Source: Octopus sinensis (lineage: Eukaryota). From it: a stretch of 64,000 nt of DNA. A program made the translations under genes and the position numbers. A model generated the notes under the pieces. The model was not told the DNA's origin and made no database searches. It saw nothing but the letters and a program-made list of their open reading frames with translations. The first letter of the stretch is position 1, and every line of letters starts with the position of its first letter. The stretch lies in contig NC_043017.1 of assembly GCF_006345805.1 (NCBI RefSeq), forward strand, positions 6,262,001 to 6,326,000, given 5' to 3'. This document shows, one piece after another, positions 1-10,576 of the stretch.

Positions 1-71
1 ACGCAGTGGGACTGAACCCGGAACCATGTGGTTGGTAAGCAAGCTACTTACCACACAGCCACTCCTGCACC
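1..71 (-). mobile_element. 5' tRNA-derived head of CORE-like SINE (family A), cut by the window edge
   Basis: Reverse complement reads GGTGCAGGAGTGGCTGTGTGGTAAGTAGCTTGCTTACCAACCACATGGTTCCGGGTTCAGTCCCACTGCGT (A/B-box-like); the same head recurs many times in the window. Confidence 0.85.
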
Positions 72-550
72 TATCATCATCATCATTATTATCATCATGT
101 AATGTCTGTTTCCTATGCTGGCATGAGTTTGACAGTTTGACTAAAAACTGCTAAGCTGGAGTGCTGCACCAGGTTTCTGTTTGATTTGGCATGGTTTCAA
201 CAGCTGGATGCCCTTCCTAACACCAACCACTCCATGAGTGTAGTGGGTGCCTTTTACATGCCACCGGCATATATATATATAAATGCATGTGTGCCACTCT
301 GTGATAATTTATCACCCACTACTTGCTTGATAATCAGTGTTGGTGTGATTATGTTCTTGTAACTTAGCATTTTGGCAAAAGAAACTGATAGAATAAGTAG
401 CAGGCTTTAGAAAAAATTAGTACTGATGTGGATTCATTCAATGAAAAATTCTACAGCCCAGTGCCCCAGCTTGGCCACAGTCTAATACCTGAGACAAGTA
501 AAAGATAAAGGATATGTGTGTGTGTGTGTGCGTGTGTGTGTGTGTGTGTG

Positions 551-710
551 TGGCTGAGTGGTAAGAAGCTTGCTTCCCAACCACATGGTTCCGGGTTCAG
601 TCCCACTGTGTGGCACCTTGAGCAAGTGTCTTCTACTATAACCTCGGGCCAACCAAAGTCTTGTGAGTGAATTTGATAGATGGAAACTGAAAAATGCCCA
701 TCATATATAC

Positions 711-741
<31 letters not shown>

Positions 742-975
742 AGTGTGTGTATGCATGTATTTATGTGTCTGTATTTCTCCTCCAGCCATCGCTTGACAAC
801 TATTGTTGGTGTGTTTACGTCCCTGTAACTTAGCAGTTCGGCAAAAGAGATCCGATAGAATAAGTACTAGGCTTACAAAGAATAAGTCCTGGGTTCAGTT
901 TGTTCAACTAAAGGTGGTGTTCCAGCATGGCCACAGTCAAATCATTGAAGTAAACGAATAAAAGAACAAAAGAAT
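551..975 (+). mobile_element. Full-length family A SINE (tRNA head + CORE-like domain + internal TA/TG microsatellite + 3' module)
   Basis: Head GGCTGAGTGGTAAG...GGTTCAGTCCCAC, CORE-like GGCACCTTGAGCAAGTGTCTTC, microsatellite ~700-770, tail ending GAATAAAAGAA. Confidence 0.85.
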
Positions 976-984
976 ATATATACA

Positions 985-1378
985 CCCAAAGCACGGAAGG
1001 ATGACCTCAGGTCACTGAAATTTTGAGATGCGATGACAAAGGACCAAGATTCCTGGCATCTTGCTGCATTCAAGGAGGTCCATCTTCCACAGCAGAAGAG
1101 TTAAGGCTGCTCCCCCTGCTGAAGAGGATTGACTTTCAAGAGTCCTCTGCCAGTGTCACTTGAAATGTATTCGAGCCAGTGCCACATAAGAGCACTCATG
1201 CGGTGCCACGTAAAAGCACCTAGCACACTCTGTAAAGCAGTTGGTACCAGGAAGGGCATCCAGCCGTAAAACCACGCCGAACCAGACAGGATCCTTGTGC
1301 AGCTTGCCAGCTGTTGTCAAACAGTCCAACCCATGCCAGCATGGAAAACAGACGTTAAATGATGATGATGATGACTAC
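985..1378 (+). mobile_element. Degenerate 5'-truncated RTE-type LINE 3' end
   Basis: Translates ARKDDLRSLKF*DAMTKDQDSWHLA, homologous to the C-terminus of the LINE at 51285; followed by the shared GGAAGGGCATCCAGCCGTAAAA...GACGTTAAAT(GAT)n tail. Confidence 0.7.
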
Positions 1379-1869
1379 GAAGACGATGGTGATGATGATG
1401 GTGATGATATTGATGATGACGATGATGATGATGATGATACACACATCATCCAGGCGTATCTCAACTAATGTCAAGTTACATTTTTATCAAATTTATGTTG
1501 ATTTTTTTTTTCTGAAAAGATTAATAGAAAAACTAAACTTGAATTTCAATCAATTTATCTGAATTTATGTTGGTCTTAGTGAACATATTTACAACATGGA
1601 AATTATATTAAAAAAAAAAATAATAAATAAAAAAAACCCCCACCTAAAAACCAATTCTGAAATAGAAAAAAAAATCCAAGAAACTACATGTTGAAATATG
1701 TAGAAATCATATTTACTAAAACAGATGTATGTTAATAAAGTTTAAGAAATGTTTTTCCTGTGTTACATCATTTTTCATGCTAAGTCACATGTCTTGGAAA
1801 CTATTGACATAAATTGAGGTTAGTCTCTATATATATACATATATATACAGAGAGAGAGAGAGGTATACA

Positions 1870-2252
1870 AAGCCACTACACGTTCTTTATTTTCTCTCCT
1901 TGTTTCTTTCTGTGTTCCTTTCTGGGGGTAGAAAGGGCTCCTTAGCCGTAGTGAAGGCAATCTATCTAGGGAGATAACCTTACAATAAATCACTGGGTCC
2001 GTAGCTTAGAAATACTGGGTTGACGTCCAGCGGGAACAGCTTTGTTTCATGGAGGAGGAAAGATCTTCTTTAGTACTTGGTTGTACAATGCTTTCCAATG
2101 TGTGTAGTAGTGGCGCGCGCACACATTATTAGCCATTTGAAAAGACTATGAAAGTCTCGACCACGGTCGAATAATGATGATGATGATGTTCCTTTCTGTG
2201 GAAGAGCATAGGCTCGAAACGTTAAAGACTTTTTCACTTCCTGAGCGTTAAA
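1870..2252 (+). mobile_element. Penelope-like terminal fragment with a degenerate hammerhead-like motif, interrupted by an insertion
   Basis: Colinear with the uninterrupted paralogue at 31103-31290 (CCTTTCTGT.GAAGAGCATAGGCTCGAAAC). Confidence 0.55.
1925..2186 (+). mobile_element. Short non-autonomous RTE-like retroposon (bipartite) with 12-bp target-site duplication
   Basis: TSD TGTTCCTTTCTG at 1913-1924 and 2187-2198; 3' stem-loop TCGACC-AC-GGTCGA then (ATG)n tail; the 5' part GGCAATCTATCTAGGGAGATAAC resembles RTE 5' UTRs (recalled, not searched). Confidence 0.7.
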
Positions 2253-3679
2253 CCAGGAGGAGGAGGGGGTGAGGGGGAGGAAGAGGAGGAGAGTGGCTTT
2301 GTACCTGTCGGGAGATTAAAGTATAAGAGGGAGATAGAGGGTAGGTGCCTTATTATAGAGGAGATGCATGATGGCTAGCCTAGTTGCAAAGGACAGAAGA
2401 GAAATGAGAGAGATGGGGGTAAGAGAGAAAGATAGAGAGAGAGAGAGAGAAAGACAGACAAACAGACAGACACAGACAGATAGATGATGGTGGAGATGTA
2501 TCAGAACATACCCTCAAGGTATAGTATAGAGTTTATAGTATTATATCAATACAAGAAATCATTACTATTGGCACAAGTTTGGTTAATTTATGACAAAGAT
2601 TGTTCCATACCAAAGATTTAAGTACAAAACCACATTGTTGTCTTTGAAACTTTCTTGAAATTCTAACTGGATTGTAGAAACTAACATGGCGAAACCATCA
2701 TCAAAGATAGAGAATCAATATTTTGACTTTATAATTCTAAATATGGGGAAGAAAAAAATAATGCAATAAGATTCAAACAGTTAAGTCAACCGAAAGATAG
2801 AATATAATTTATCAATACTAAATTTTAGACTTATCAAAGACTGTTGTTCAGTCAGATTTAACTCCAAAGTCTGTGATTTTTATCAGATGGAATTAACTCC
2901 AAAGTCTGTAATGGTTGCTTATTTATTTACTTTTGGTTTCCAAGTTACATATTTACAACATATGGAAAGGAAATAAAAAATAGGGAGCGGAGTGGGATGT
3001 GGTGGAGTGATGGGTGTATATGTGTGTCTGTGTGAGTGTGTGTGTGATGGTAGTGGTTTAGTTGTGGTTTCTCGTTGTGAAGGAGATGACAGATAATTCT
3101 GCACTTCTTTCTCTCCAGATTTGATGCTAGTTTATTAAAGGTAACATTCACCAAACGGTCTTGGTGGTACCTACTGAGAGATGGGTGAAGTGAGGTAATG
3201 TAGAATATATTGTATCACTAAAGGGACACTGATCTGTGATAAATATCCTCAAGGATGTGACACCAGTCTATCTTAGATAACTTTCACTAAATGGTCTGGT
3301 GGTACCTACTGACAGATCGGTGAAGTGAGGTAATGTAGAATAAAACCTCCTTGACTTATGACTGAGTTCTGTTCTGACTGACGAGTCATAAGTCGATCTG
3401 GTCATATGTTAGGTCTATATTTTTCAACACTATTTTCATTCAAATGGGATATAAAAATATCAAACACAAAAATTTAATCCATAATTATTGTACATAATGT
3501 GAAAAATACTTATGTAGGGGTGGCTGAGTGGTAAGTAGCTTGCTTACCAGCCACATGGTTCCAAGTTCAGTCCCATTGCATGGCCTCTTGGGCAAGTGTC
3601 TTCTATAATAGTCTTGGGCTGACCAAAGCCTTGTGAGTGGATTTGGTAGACGGAAACTGAAAGAAGCCCATCGTGTAAA

Positions 3680-4085
3680 ATATGATGAGGGATCCAGCTG
3701 ATCCAATCAAGGAAACAGCCTGCTTATGATATTAATATGCAAGTGGCTGAGCGCTCCACACACACATATACCCTTAACACAGTTCTCAAGGCATTCCATT
3801 GGTTAATATGATGAGGGTTCCAGTTGATCCGATCAATGGAATAGCCTGCTTATGATATTAATGTGCAAGTGGCTGAGTACTCCACAGACACATACTTTAA
3901 CGTACTTCTGAGGATGATTCAGCATGATACATAGTATGACAAGGCAAGCCTTTTGAAATACAAATACTGAGTGGACTGGAGCAACGTGAAACAAAGTCTC
4001 TTGCTCAAGGACACATGTCACTGGAAATTGAACTTATGACCTTGCAATCGTGAACTGAATACCCTAACCACTAAGCCACGTGCCT
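3680..4085 (-). mobile_element. tRNA-derived SINE family C (V/CORE-like core) with an internal ~125-bp duplication of its 3' part
   Basis: Minus strand GTGGTTAGGGTATTCAG...TGTGTCCTTGAGCAAGAGACTTTGTTTCACGTTGCTCCAGTCCACTC; the GATGAGGG.TCCAG.TGATCC block occurs twice (~3684, ~3809). Confidence 0.7.
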
Positions 4086-4251
4086 TTATGTATCATTGTT
4101 GAAGGTTTCTACGAAAAGATCTATTTCATCTTGATTAGGTCAGTACCCGACAGCATAGCGATGGGTAACGATTAGTTTTGCATCAAACTGAAGGATTACT
4201 CAAAGCTTTTTGCAGAATACACAGTACATTTTTATTATCTTTTAACAAGAA

Positions 4252-4465
4252 GGTGGCGAGCTGGCAGAAATGTTAGCACACCAGGTGAAATGCTTAACGA
4301 TATTTCGTCTGTCTTTATGTTCTGAGATCAAATTCCACTAAGGTCAACTTTGTCGTTCATCCTTTCAAGGTCGATAAACTAATTACCAATCATGCACTGG
4401 AGTCAATCTAATCGGCTACCCCCCACTCTCCAAAAATTTCAGGCCTTGTGCTTTGAGAAGAAAAG
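4252..4465 (+). mobile_element. Meta-like tRNA SINE (alternative 3' tail)
   Basis: GGCGAGCTGGCAGAAATGTTAGC head and GGTCAACTTTGTCGTTCATCCTTTCAAGGTCGATAAA core, resembling the Sauria/Meta domain (recalled). Confidence 0.7.
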
Positions 4466-4481
4466 ATTATTTTTTACAAGA

Positions 4482-4573
4482 GTGTTGACAGTGACTTCGA
4501 AGTTTCGGCCTGCGTTGCCTTCATCAGACTATGAAGGCTAAGCAGAGTAAAACTTCAAAGTCCCTGTTAACAC
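4482..4573. repeat. 92-bp fold-back made of two divergent hammerhead-motif copies
   Basis: GTGTTGACAGTGACTTCGAAGTTT...AAAACTTCAAAGTCCCTGTTAACAC imperfect palindrome centred at ~4527. Confidence 0.85.
4488..4532 (-). ncRNA. Type I hammerhead ribozyme motif
   Basis: AUAGU CUGAUGA A GGC-AACGCAG-GCC GAA ACU-UCGA-AGU C ACUGU: all core nucleotides present, GUC cleavage triplet, stems I, II and III pair. Confidence 0.75.
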
Positions 4574-4585
4574 AATTCTTGTTAA

Positions 4586-4815
4586 CCCTCGTGATCCCAA
4601 TCCACCAGAGACCACCCCTGGTTAATTCTATAATAAGCATTCCATGTTTAAAACCAATCTAAATTAAAGCTTGCCATTAAAATTTCATGTTAATTTAGGT
4701 TCTAAACACCGGCTTAATTAATTACAACAAATTCATTTTACTGAATTCCCCATTATGTTCGAAATTAATTGAACTAAAAGCAGCATATTTTGACAGAAAT
4801 ATGGTAACGAAAGGG
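4586..4815. mobile_element. piggyBac-like MITE
   Basis: TTAA|CCCTCGT ... ACGAAAGGG|TTAC termini (TTAA target, CCC/GGG ends). Confidence 0.6.
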
Positions 4816-4835
4816 TTACTGAATTTATGCGTATA

Positions 4836-4993
4836 GGCTCAGACATGGCTGTGTGGTAAGGAGCTTGCTTTCCAACCACATGGTTCCAGGTTCAGTCCCA
4901 CTGTGTGACACCTTCGGCAAGTGAATTCTACTATAATCTCAGGCTGACCAAAGCCCTGTGAGTGGACTTAGACAGAAAAGAAGCCCATCTTGT

Positions 4994-5043
<50 letters not shown>

Positions 5044-5326
5044 CTTTTTGTGTGTGTGTGTGTACCTTTGTGTGTGTGATTGTGTATGTGCTTGTGTATA
5101 TCTGTGTGTGTGTGTGTGTGATTGTATATGTGTTTCCACTGCTTGGGAACTGGGTTTGGTTTGTTGTATGTGCCCGTAACTTAGCAGTTCGGCAAAATAG
5201 ACTGATAGAACAAGTAACAGGCTTTGAAAAAAAAAAGTACCAGGATTGATCCATTCGACTAAAAGCCCCCTCAAAGTGGTGCCCCAGCATGGCCACAACC
5301 CAATGACTGCAACAAGTAAACGATAA
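4836..5326 (+). mobile_element. Family A SINE with expanded internal (TG)n
   Basis: Head, CORE-like block, (TG)n 4990-5130, 3' module. Confidence 0.8.
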
Positions 5327-5654
5327 GTCTGATCAATCAAAAGTCGAACACTTCTATAGCTGTCCATTCATCAATTCATAAATCTGTCTGTTTGTCTATT
5401 TATCAACCAATCGATCAATTGATTGATAGACAAATAAATGACGGCATTTTGAATTAGTCAATGACAACAGCCAGGGTCACGTGAGTTAAGAAATATTTAA
5501 TTAAGTCAATAACCGGTTAAGATAAACATCAGCATCTTGATTCAAACTCTGTATCCAATGGAAAAATGTATTTGCTGAATGATGTAATTTAGGATAAGAC
5601 AAACTCTTGAGTCTTTGATTCATTGGAATGGTAAGAATAACTTTAGCATCAGTC

Positions 5655-6295
5655 CTTTCTTTTGCCTGTTTCAGTTATTGGACTGTGGCCAAGCTGGGGC
5701 ACTGTCTTGGAGAGTTTAGTTAAACAAATCAACCTCAGTATTTATTTTTCAAACCTGATACTTATTCTATTACTTTCTTTTGCTGAACTGCTAAGTTACT
5801 GGGACATAAACAAACCAACTATGATTGGCAAGCTCTAATGAGGGACAAACACAACAACAATCACACACACACACACACGCATATGTATATATCAGTGCTT
5901 TTCAACCTTTTTGCTGGAGCGGAACCCCAAGGAAACATTCCACTGGCTCGAGGAACCCCTGTGAAATAATTTAATAGTCTTATGCACACATATCTGCACA
6001 GGAGAATGAAAAATTACTGCCGATTTTAGCAGTTTTGTAACTTCTTGCGGAACCCCTGGACTGTACTGGCGGAACCCTAAGGTTCGGTGGAACCCTGGTT
6101 GAAAACCACTGGTATATATGTATGAATAGATATATGTGGTTGGTTACTTTCACTTTCTCTCTACCAAATCCCCTTACATGGTCTTGGTTGGCCTAAGGTT
6201 ATAGTAGAAGACAGCTCCCCAAGGTGCCATGCACGAAAACTGAACACAAAGCCAAGTGATTAGGAAGCAAACGTCTTACCACGCAGCCATGCCTA
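5655..6295 (-). mobile_element. Family A SINE interrupted by a hAT MITE in its internal microsatellite
   Basis: Tail 5655-5870 and head 6135-6295 on the minus strand flank the MITE. Confidence 0.7.
5893..6111. mobile_element. hAT (Charlie/Buster-type) MITE
   Basis: TIRs CAGTGCTTTTCAACC / GGTTGAAAACCACTG; perfect 8-bp TSD GTATATAT (5885-5892, 6112-6119); repeated GGAACCC subterminal motifs. Confidence 0.9.
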
Positions 6296-6621
6296 TTTGC
6301 AAACATGAAATATTGACTATTGGTATTTTAACCCATTGTGAAAACAGAAACTTCTAGAAAACAGAAACTTCCAGAAAAAATTTATGCATATCAAATCAAA
6401 TCAATGTTTGATTTTATGCTACATCTTATCGATTAATTTTGTTTTATTTAAAAAATAAATTTACGCAATTAAACATTTATTTTTAGGTAGATTTTATGCT
6501 AAACAGTTCAATAGTCTGTAGAAGTTTTGTAATTAACTGAATTCGGCAAGTGTCCAAACAAGTTTCAAGGTAGCTTCACTGGTGTTGGGGCCCTGGGGAA
6601 AAAAAAAGGACCCAGTACTTA

Positions 6622-6792
6622 GGTGCAGGACTGGCTGTGTGGTAAGTAGCTTGTTTACCAACCACATGGTTCCGGGTTCAGTTCCACTTCGTGGCACCTT
6701 GGGCAAGTGTCTTCTGCTATAGCCCCGGGCCGACCAAAGCCTTGTGAGTGGATTTGGTAGACGGAAACTGAAAGAAGCCCGTCATATATATG

Positions 6793-6845
<53 letters not shown>

Positions 6846-7063
6846 TGTGTGTGTGTGCGTGTGTCTGTGTTTGTCCCCCCTAGCATTGCTTGACAACCGA
6901 TGCTAGTGTGTTTATGTCCCCGTCACTTAGCGGTTCGGCAAAAGAGACCGATAAAACAAGTACTGGGCTTACAAAAGAATAAGTCCCGGGGTCGAGTTGC
7001 TCGATTAAAAAAGGTGGTGCTCCAGCATGGCCACAGTCAAATGACTGAAACAAGTAAAAGAAA
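6622..7063 (+). mobile_element. Full-length, little-diverged family A SINE
   Basis: GGTGCAGGACTGGCTGTGTGGTAAGTAGC...GGCACCTTGGGCAAGTGTCTTC...(TA)n(TG)n...GACTGAAACAAGTAAAAG. Confidence 0.9.
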
Positions 7064-7149
7064 ATTTTTTTTAAAAGCACCCAGTACTTTCTGTGAGGTG
7101 ATTGTGTTAGGAAAGGCATCCAGCAATAGAAACCATGCTGAAATTAAGT

Positions 7150-7410
7150 CATAATGCTACGGAAGCTGTGTAAGGCTGTTTCTTCCTGAGCAGAAGCTAT
7201 GCTGGGTGTCAGAGATCAAGTCCTTATCTTCAAGGAGTATTATCAACTTCCTTCGGATGGTGTGTTCCATAGCATTGCTGACATGAGAGGTTAGAGAAAC
7301 AGGCCTATAATTTAAGCATCCACTCTCCCACCTCTTTATGGGTAAGACATGCTTTCATTTGACCTTATGGGGAGTCTTCCATTTAAAAGGAGACTTTTGA
7401 AGTGGATCTG
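7150..7410 (-). pseudogene. CR1/L2-type LINE reverse-transcriptase N-terminal fragment
   Basis: Minus-strand translation NYRPVSLTSHVSNAMEHTIRRKLIILLEDKDLISDTQHSFCSGRNSLTQL (YRPISL...QHGF..GRS motif) with stops. Confidence 0.8.
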
Positions 7411-7427
7411 TAGCGGTCTTGCTAGCA

Positions 7428-7473
<46 letters not shown>

Positions 7474-7516
7474 CAGTTCTATATTTAAGAGATGAGGAAT
7501 TATATACATTATTTTC

Positions 7517-7853
7517 ATTATTTACATTCGACAGATATTTGTCCTCATCTTGTTTGCTATTAACACAACGTTTCGGCTGATATACCCTCCAGCCTTCATC
7601 AGGTGTCTGGGGAAATTTCGAACCTGGATTCTCATTCCTAAGGTGCTTTTTTCGATGTTATTATTATTAACCTGAATAATAATAATAATAAGAATAATAA
7701 TAATAATAATGATAATATCGAAAAATACCTTAGGAATGAGAACCCAGGTTTGAAATTTCCCCAGACACCCAATGAAGGCTGGAGGGTATATCAGCTGAAA
7801 CGTTGTGTTAACAGCAAACAAGATGAGGACAAATATCCATCAATGTAAATAAT
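7517..7853. mobile_element. Fold-back element with ~140-bp inverted arms and an (AAT)n spacer; Penelope-like termini carrying hammerhead motifs
   Basis: Left arm 7517-~7655 is the near reverse complement of right arm ~7710-7853; spacer is ATT/AAT microsatellite. Confidence 0.85.
7562..7607 (-). ncRNA. Minimal type I hammerhead motif with palindromic stem III (Penelope-type)
   Basis: GACAC CUGAUGA A GGCUG-GAGGGUAUAU-CAGCC GAA ACGU U GUGUU. Confidence 0.6.
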
Positions 7854-7989
7854 ACATATATACAGAGAGAGAGAGAGAGAGATACACATACACATGAATG
7901 TGGTATATATATATATATATATATTATATATAATTTTAATCCAAAAGGGAAACAAAAAAAACAACAACAACAGGAACAATTACAGTATT

Positions 7990-8110
7990 ATATTAATAGG
8001 CGCTCAGGAGATGGAAGCAGAGGAGGTATGACGTTTCGAGCGGAGCTCTTCGTCGGAAACATAAAGAAGGAAGAGAGAGGAAAGAAAGATCCCAGAGCGG
8101 GCAACAGGGA
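7990..8110 (-). mobile_element. Penelope-like terminal fragment with a variant hammerhead-like core
   Basis: Minus strand CCGACGA A GAGC-UCC-GCUC GAA ACGU C, followed by CCTGAGCG as in the 2192 and 31162 copies. Confidence 0.45.
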
Positions 8111-8589
8111 AAGAGAAAAAAAGGACATGGTGTTTACGAGTTGCACATGGTGATATATATATATATATATACATACATACATACATACATACATACACAA
8201 ATATACACACACACATATATTACATACATTTATATAAACATATACATAAATATATGCTTCATACATATATGTATACACACACACATTATTATTTACTGGC
8301 AATATATGTGTGTATATATGTATATATATTATTTATAATGTTTAAATATGTATGTGTGTATGTACGTACGCATGAAAAATCAGAAAACCCATATGATTGC
8401 GCTCTATGTAATGATATCTCAACAACATAACAGGTGATGTATGTTGCTAGAGACAACAGCAACAACAACAACAATAGTTTCATTACAATAATTTCACCAA
8501 AAAGTTAGGAAAACGCAGAATTATAGAAATCCAATTTCCAATCCTAACACTTGCCTTGAAGAAATAAATTGGTAAAAGAACATGGTCTG

Positions 8590-9270
8590 TGGTGATGGTT
8601 GTGGTGGTGGTTGTGGTGTTGATGGTGGTGGTGGTGGCGGTGGTGGTGGTGGCGGTGGTGGTAGTAGTGGTGGTGGTAGTGGTGGTGGTGGTGATCGCAA
8701 TGCAGACAGTGGTGGGTAGTGATAGATAGTGGCAATGGATTGATGGTAGTGGTGGTGGTGGTGGTAGTGGTGGTGATGGTGGTGTTAATGGTAAACCAAG
8801 GTGGTGGCAACAGTGATGTTGGACAGTGGTGGCGATGGTGGTAGTGATGGTGGCAAATCATAGTGGTAGTGGTGGTGATGGTAATGGTGGTGGTGGTGGT
8901 GGTGGTGGTGGTGGTTGAAGTTGCAGTGTTAGTGGTGGCAGTGGTGGTGGTGGTGGTGGTGCTGCTGTGGCTGATGATGATGCCGAGGGTTTTGGTGATA
9001 GTGATGACACTGTTGGTAGTGGTGGTGGTAGTGGTGGTGGTGATGTTGCCGATGGTGCTGGTGATAGTGGTGGCAGTGTTGATGTTGGCAGTGGTGGTGG
9101 TGATGATGGTGGAAGCAGTGGTGGTGTTAGTGATGGTAGTAGCAGGTTGTGGGGTAGTAGCAGTTGTGATGGTGATGGTGGTCTTGGTGATAGCAAAGGT
9201 TGTGGTAGTGGCAACAACTTAAATAGTGGGGGTGGCAGCAGAACAGTAGTGGTCATAGTGGTGATAGTGG
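8590..9270. repeat. (GGT)n-rich low-complexity tract
   Basis: Degenerate trinucleotide array; its Gly/Val/Pro/His ORFs are artefacts. Confidence 0.9.
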
Positions 9271-9581
9271 TAGGAGGAATTGGTGGAGTGAGAGCACAAC
9301 AGTGGCACATATTATGGGGGCTGAAGTTTGGGTGAATATATAAAGAGGGATGCAGGAACTGGGAATGGCAATGGAAGGTATAATTGTACGGAACTTAACC
9401 AAACCCTATACAACAATCATAGTTAATAATTATTGCAAAACAGCTAGGCAAGCTGTGTGTGTGTGTGTGTGTTGTGTGTGAGTGTGTGTGTGTGTGTGTT
9501 TGTGTGTGAGTGTATAATGCATGTGTCTCTTGTGTGTGTGTGTTTGAGAATGGTTGTGTGTTTTAGTGTTTTGTGTATGTG

Positions 9582-9626
<45 letters not shown>

Positions 9627-10540
9627 TACATATGATTTGAAATTAGAATTATATATATATGAATGTAGGAAGAGTGACAGAAAGACAGATAGATAGACAG
9701 ACAGATATATAGATAGGTAGACAGACAGACAGATAGATAGATAGATAGACAGATGGATAGATAGATAGATAGATATACATGCACTATGTATGTGATGTGG
9801 AAATATGTGTGTGTGCGAATGTTTATGTGTTGTATATATGTGCATGTATGTATGGTTGTGCATATAGGTGTATGTATGAGTCTCTCTCTGTGTGTGTATA
9901 TATATATTTATATATAGATATATATATATACATACACACACACACATTGTATGTTCATCAAGTTTTATTTTTCAAATTACTCACCAATCAAGAATGTCGA
10001 ACAGGTAGTTTCTAATGAATGTCTGCACGTATGTATGTATATACATGCATATATGTTCATGTATACATATACATAGCCTGTCTATATATTTCTCTATGTT
10101 TGCCTGAATGTATATATAACGGTGTATATCATAGGTGTATATAGACGTCTACATATATAAATGGTGTTTCGATAAGTATGCATTAATTTATGTAAATAAA
10201 TCTGTGTTTCAGGACATGTGCACTTATACACATGCACACATACAGACATAGACTCACACATACTTATATATATATTTGTAAACACATATTTTTTGCATAC
10301 ACATACACACATGCTTGGATGCATGCACACAAACATACACACACATAAACTCACTTGCACTTATATACAAATATACATATCCACATATACATAGATGCAC
10401 ATGTAAGTACACACATAGGTCTATATAATGCGTTTGTAGTGTGTATAAAACTTGTTTGTGTATATTTTCAACTACATTTGCAATTATAATCTGGTGTTTA
10501 CAGTAAGATCAATTCACAGCCAGTATTTGATGCTATTTAC

Positions 10541-10576
<36 letters not shown>

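Noticed and set aside
1925-2010. HDV-like ribozyme at the 5' end of the RTE-like insert
   Set aside because: P1 and P3-like pairings exist, but L3 lacks the UCC needed for P1.1 and the P3-P1 junction does not fit, so it was not called
6622-6700. tRNA-like sequences at SINE heads (many copies)
   Set aside because: No complete cloverleaf or acceptor stem; each continues into a SINE body, so they are not tRNA genes
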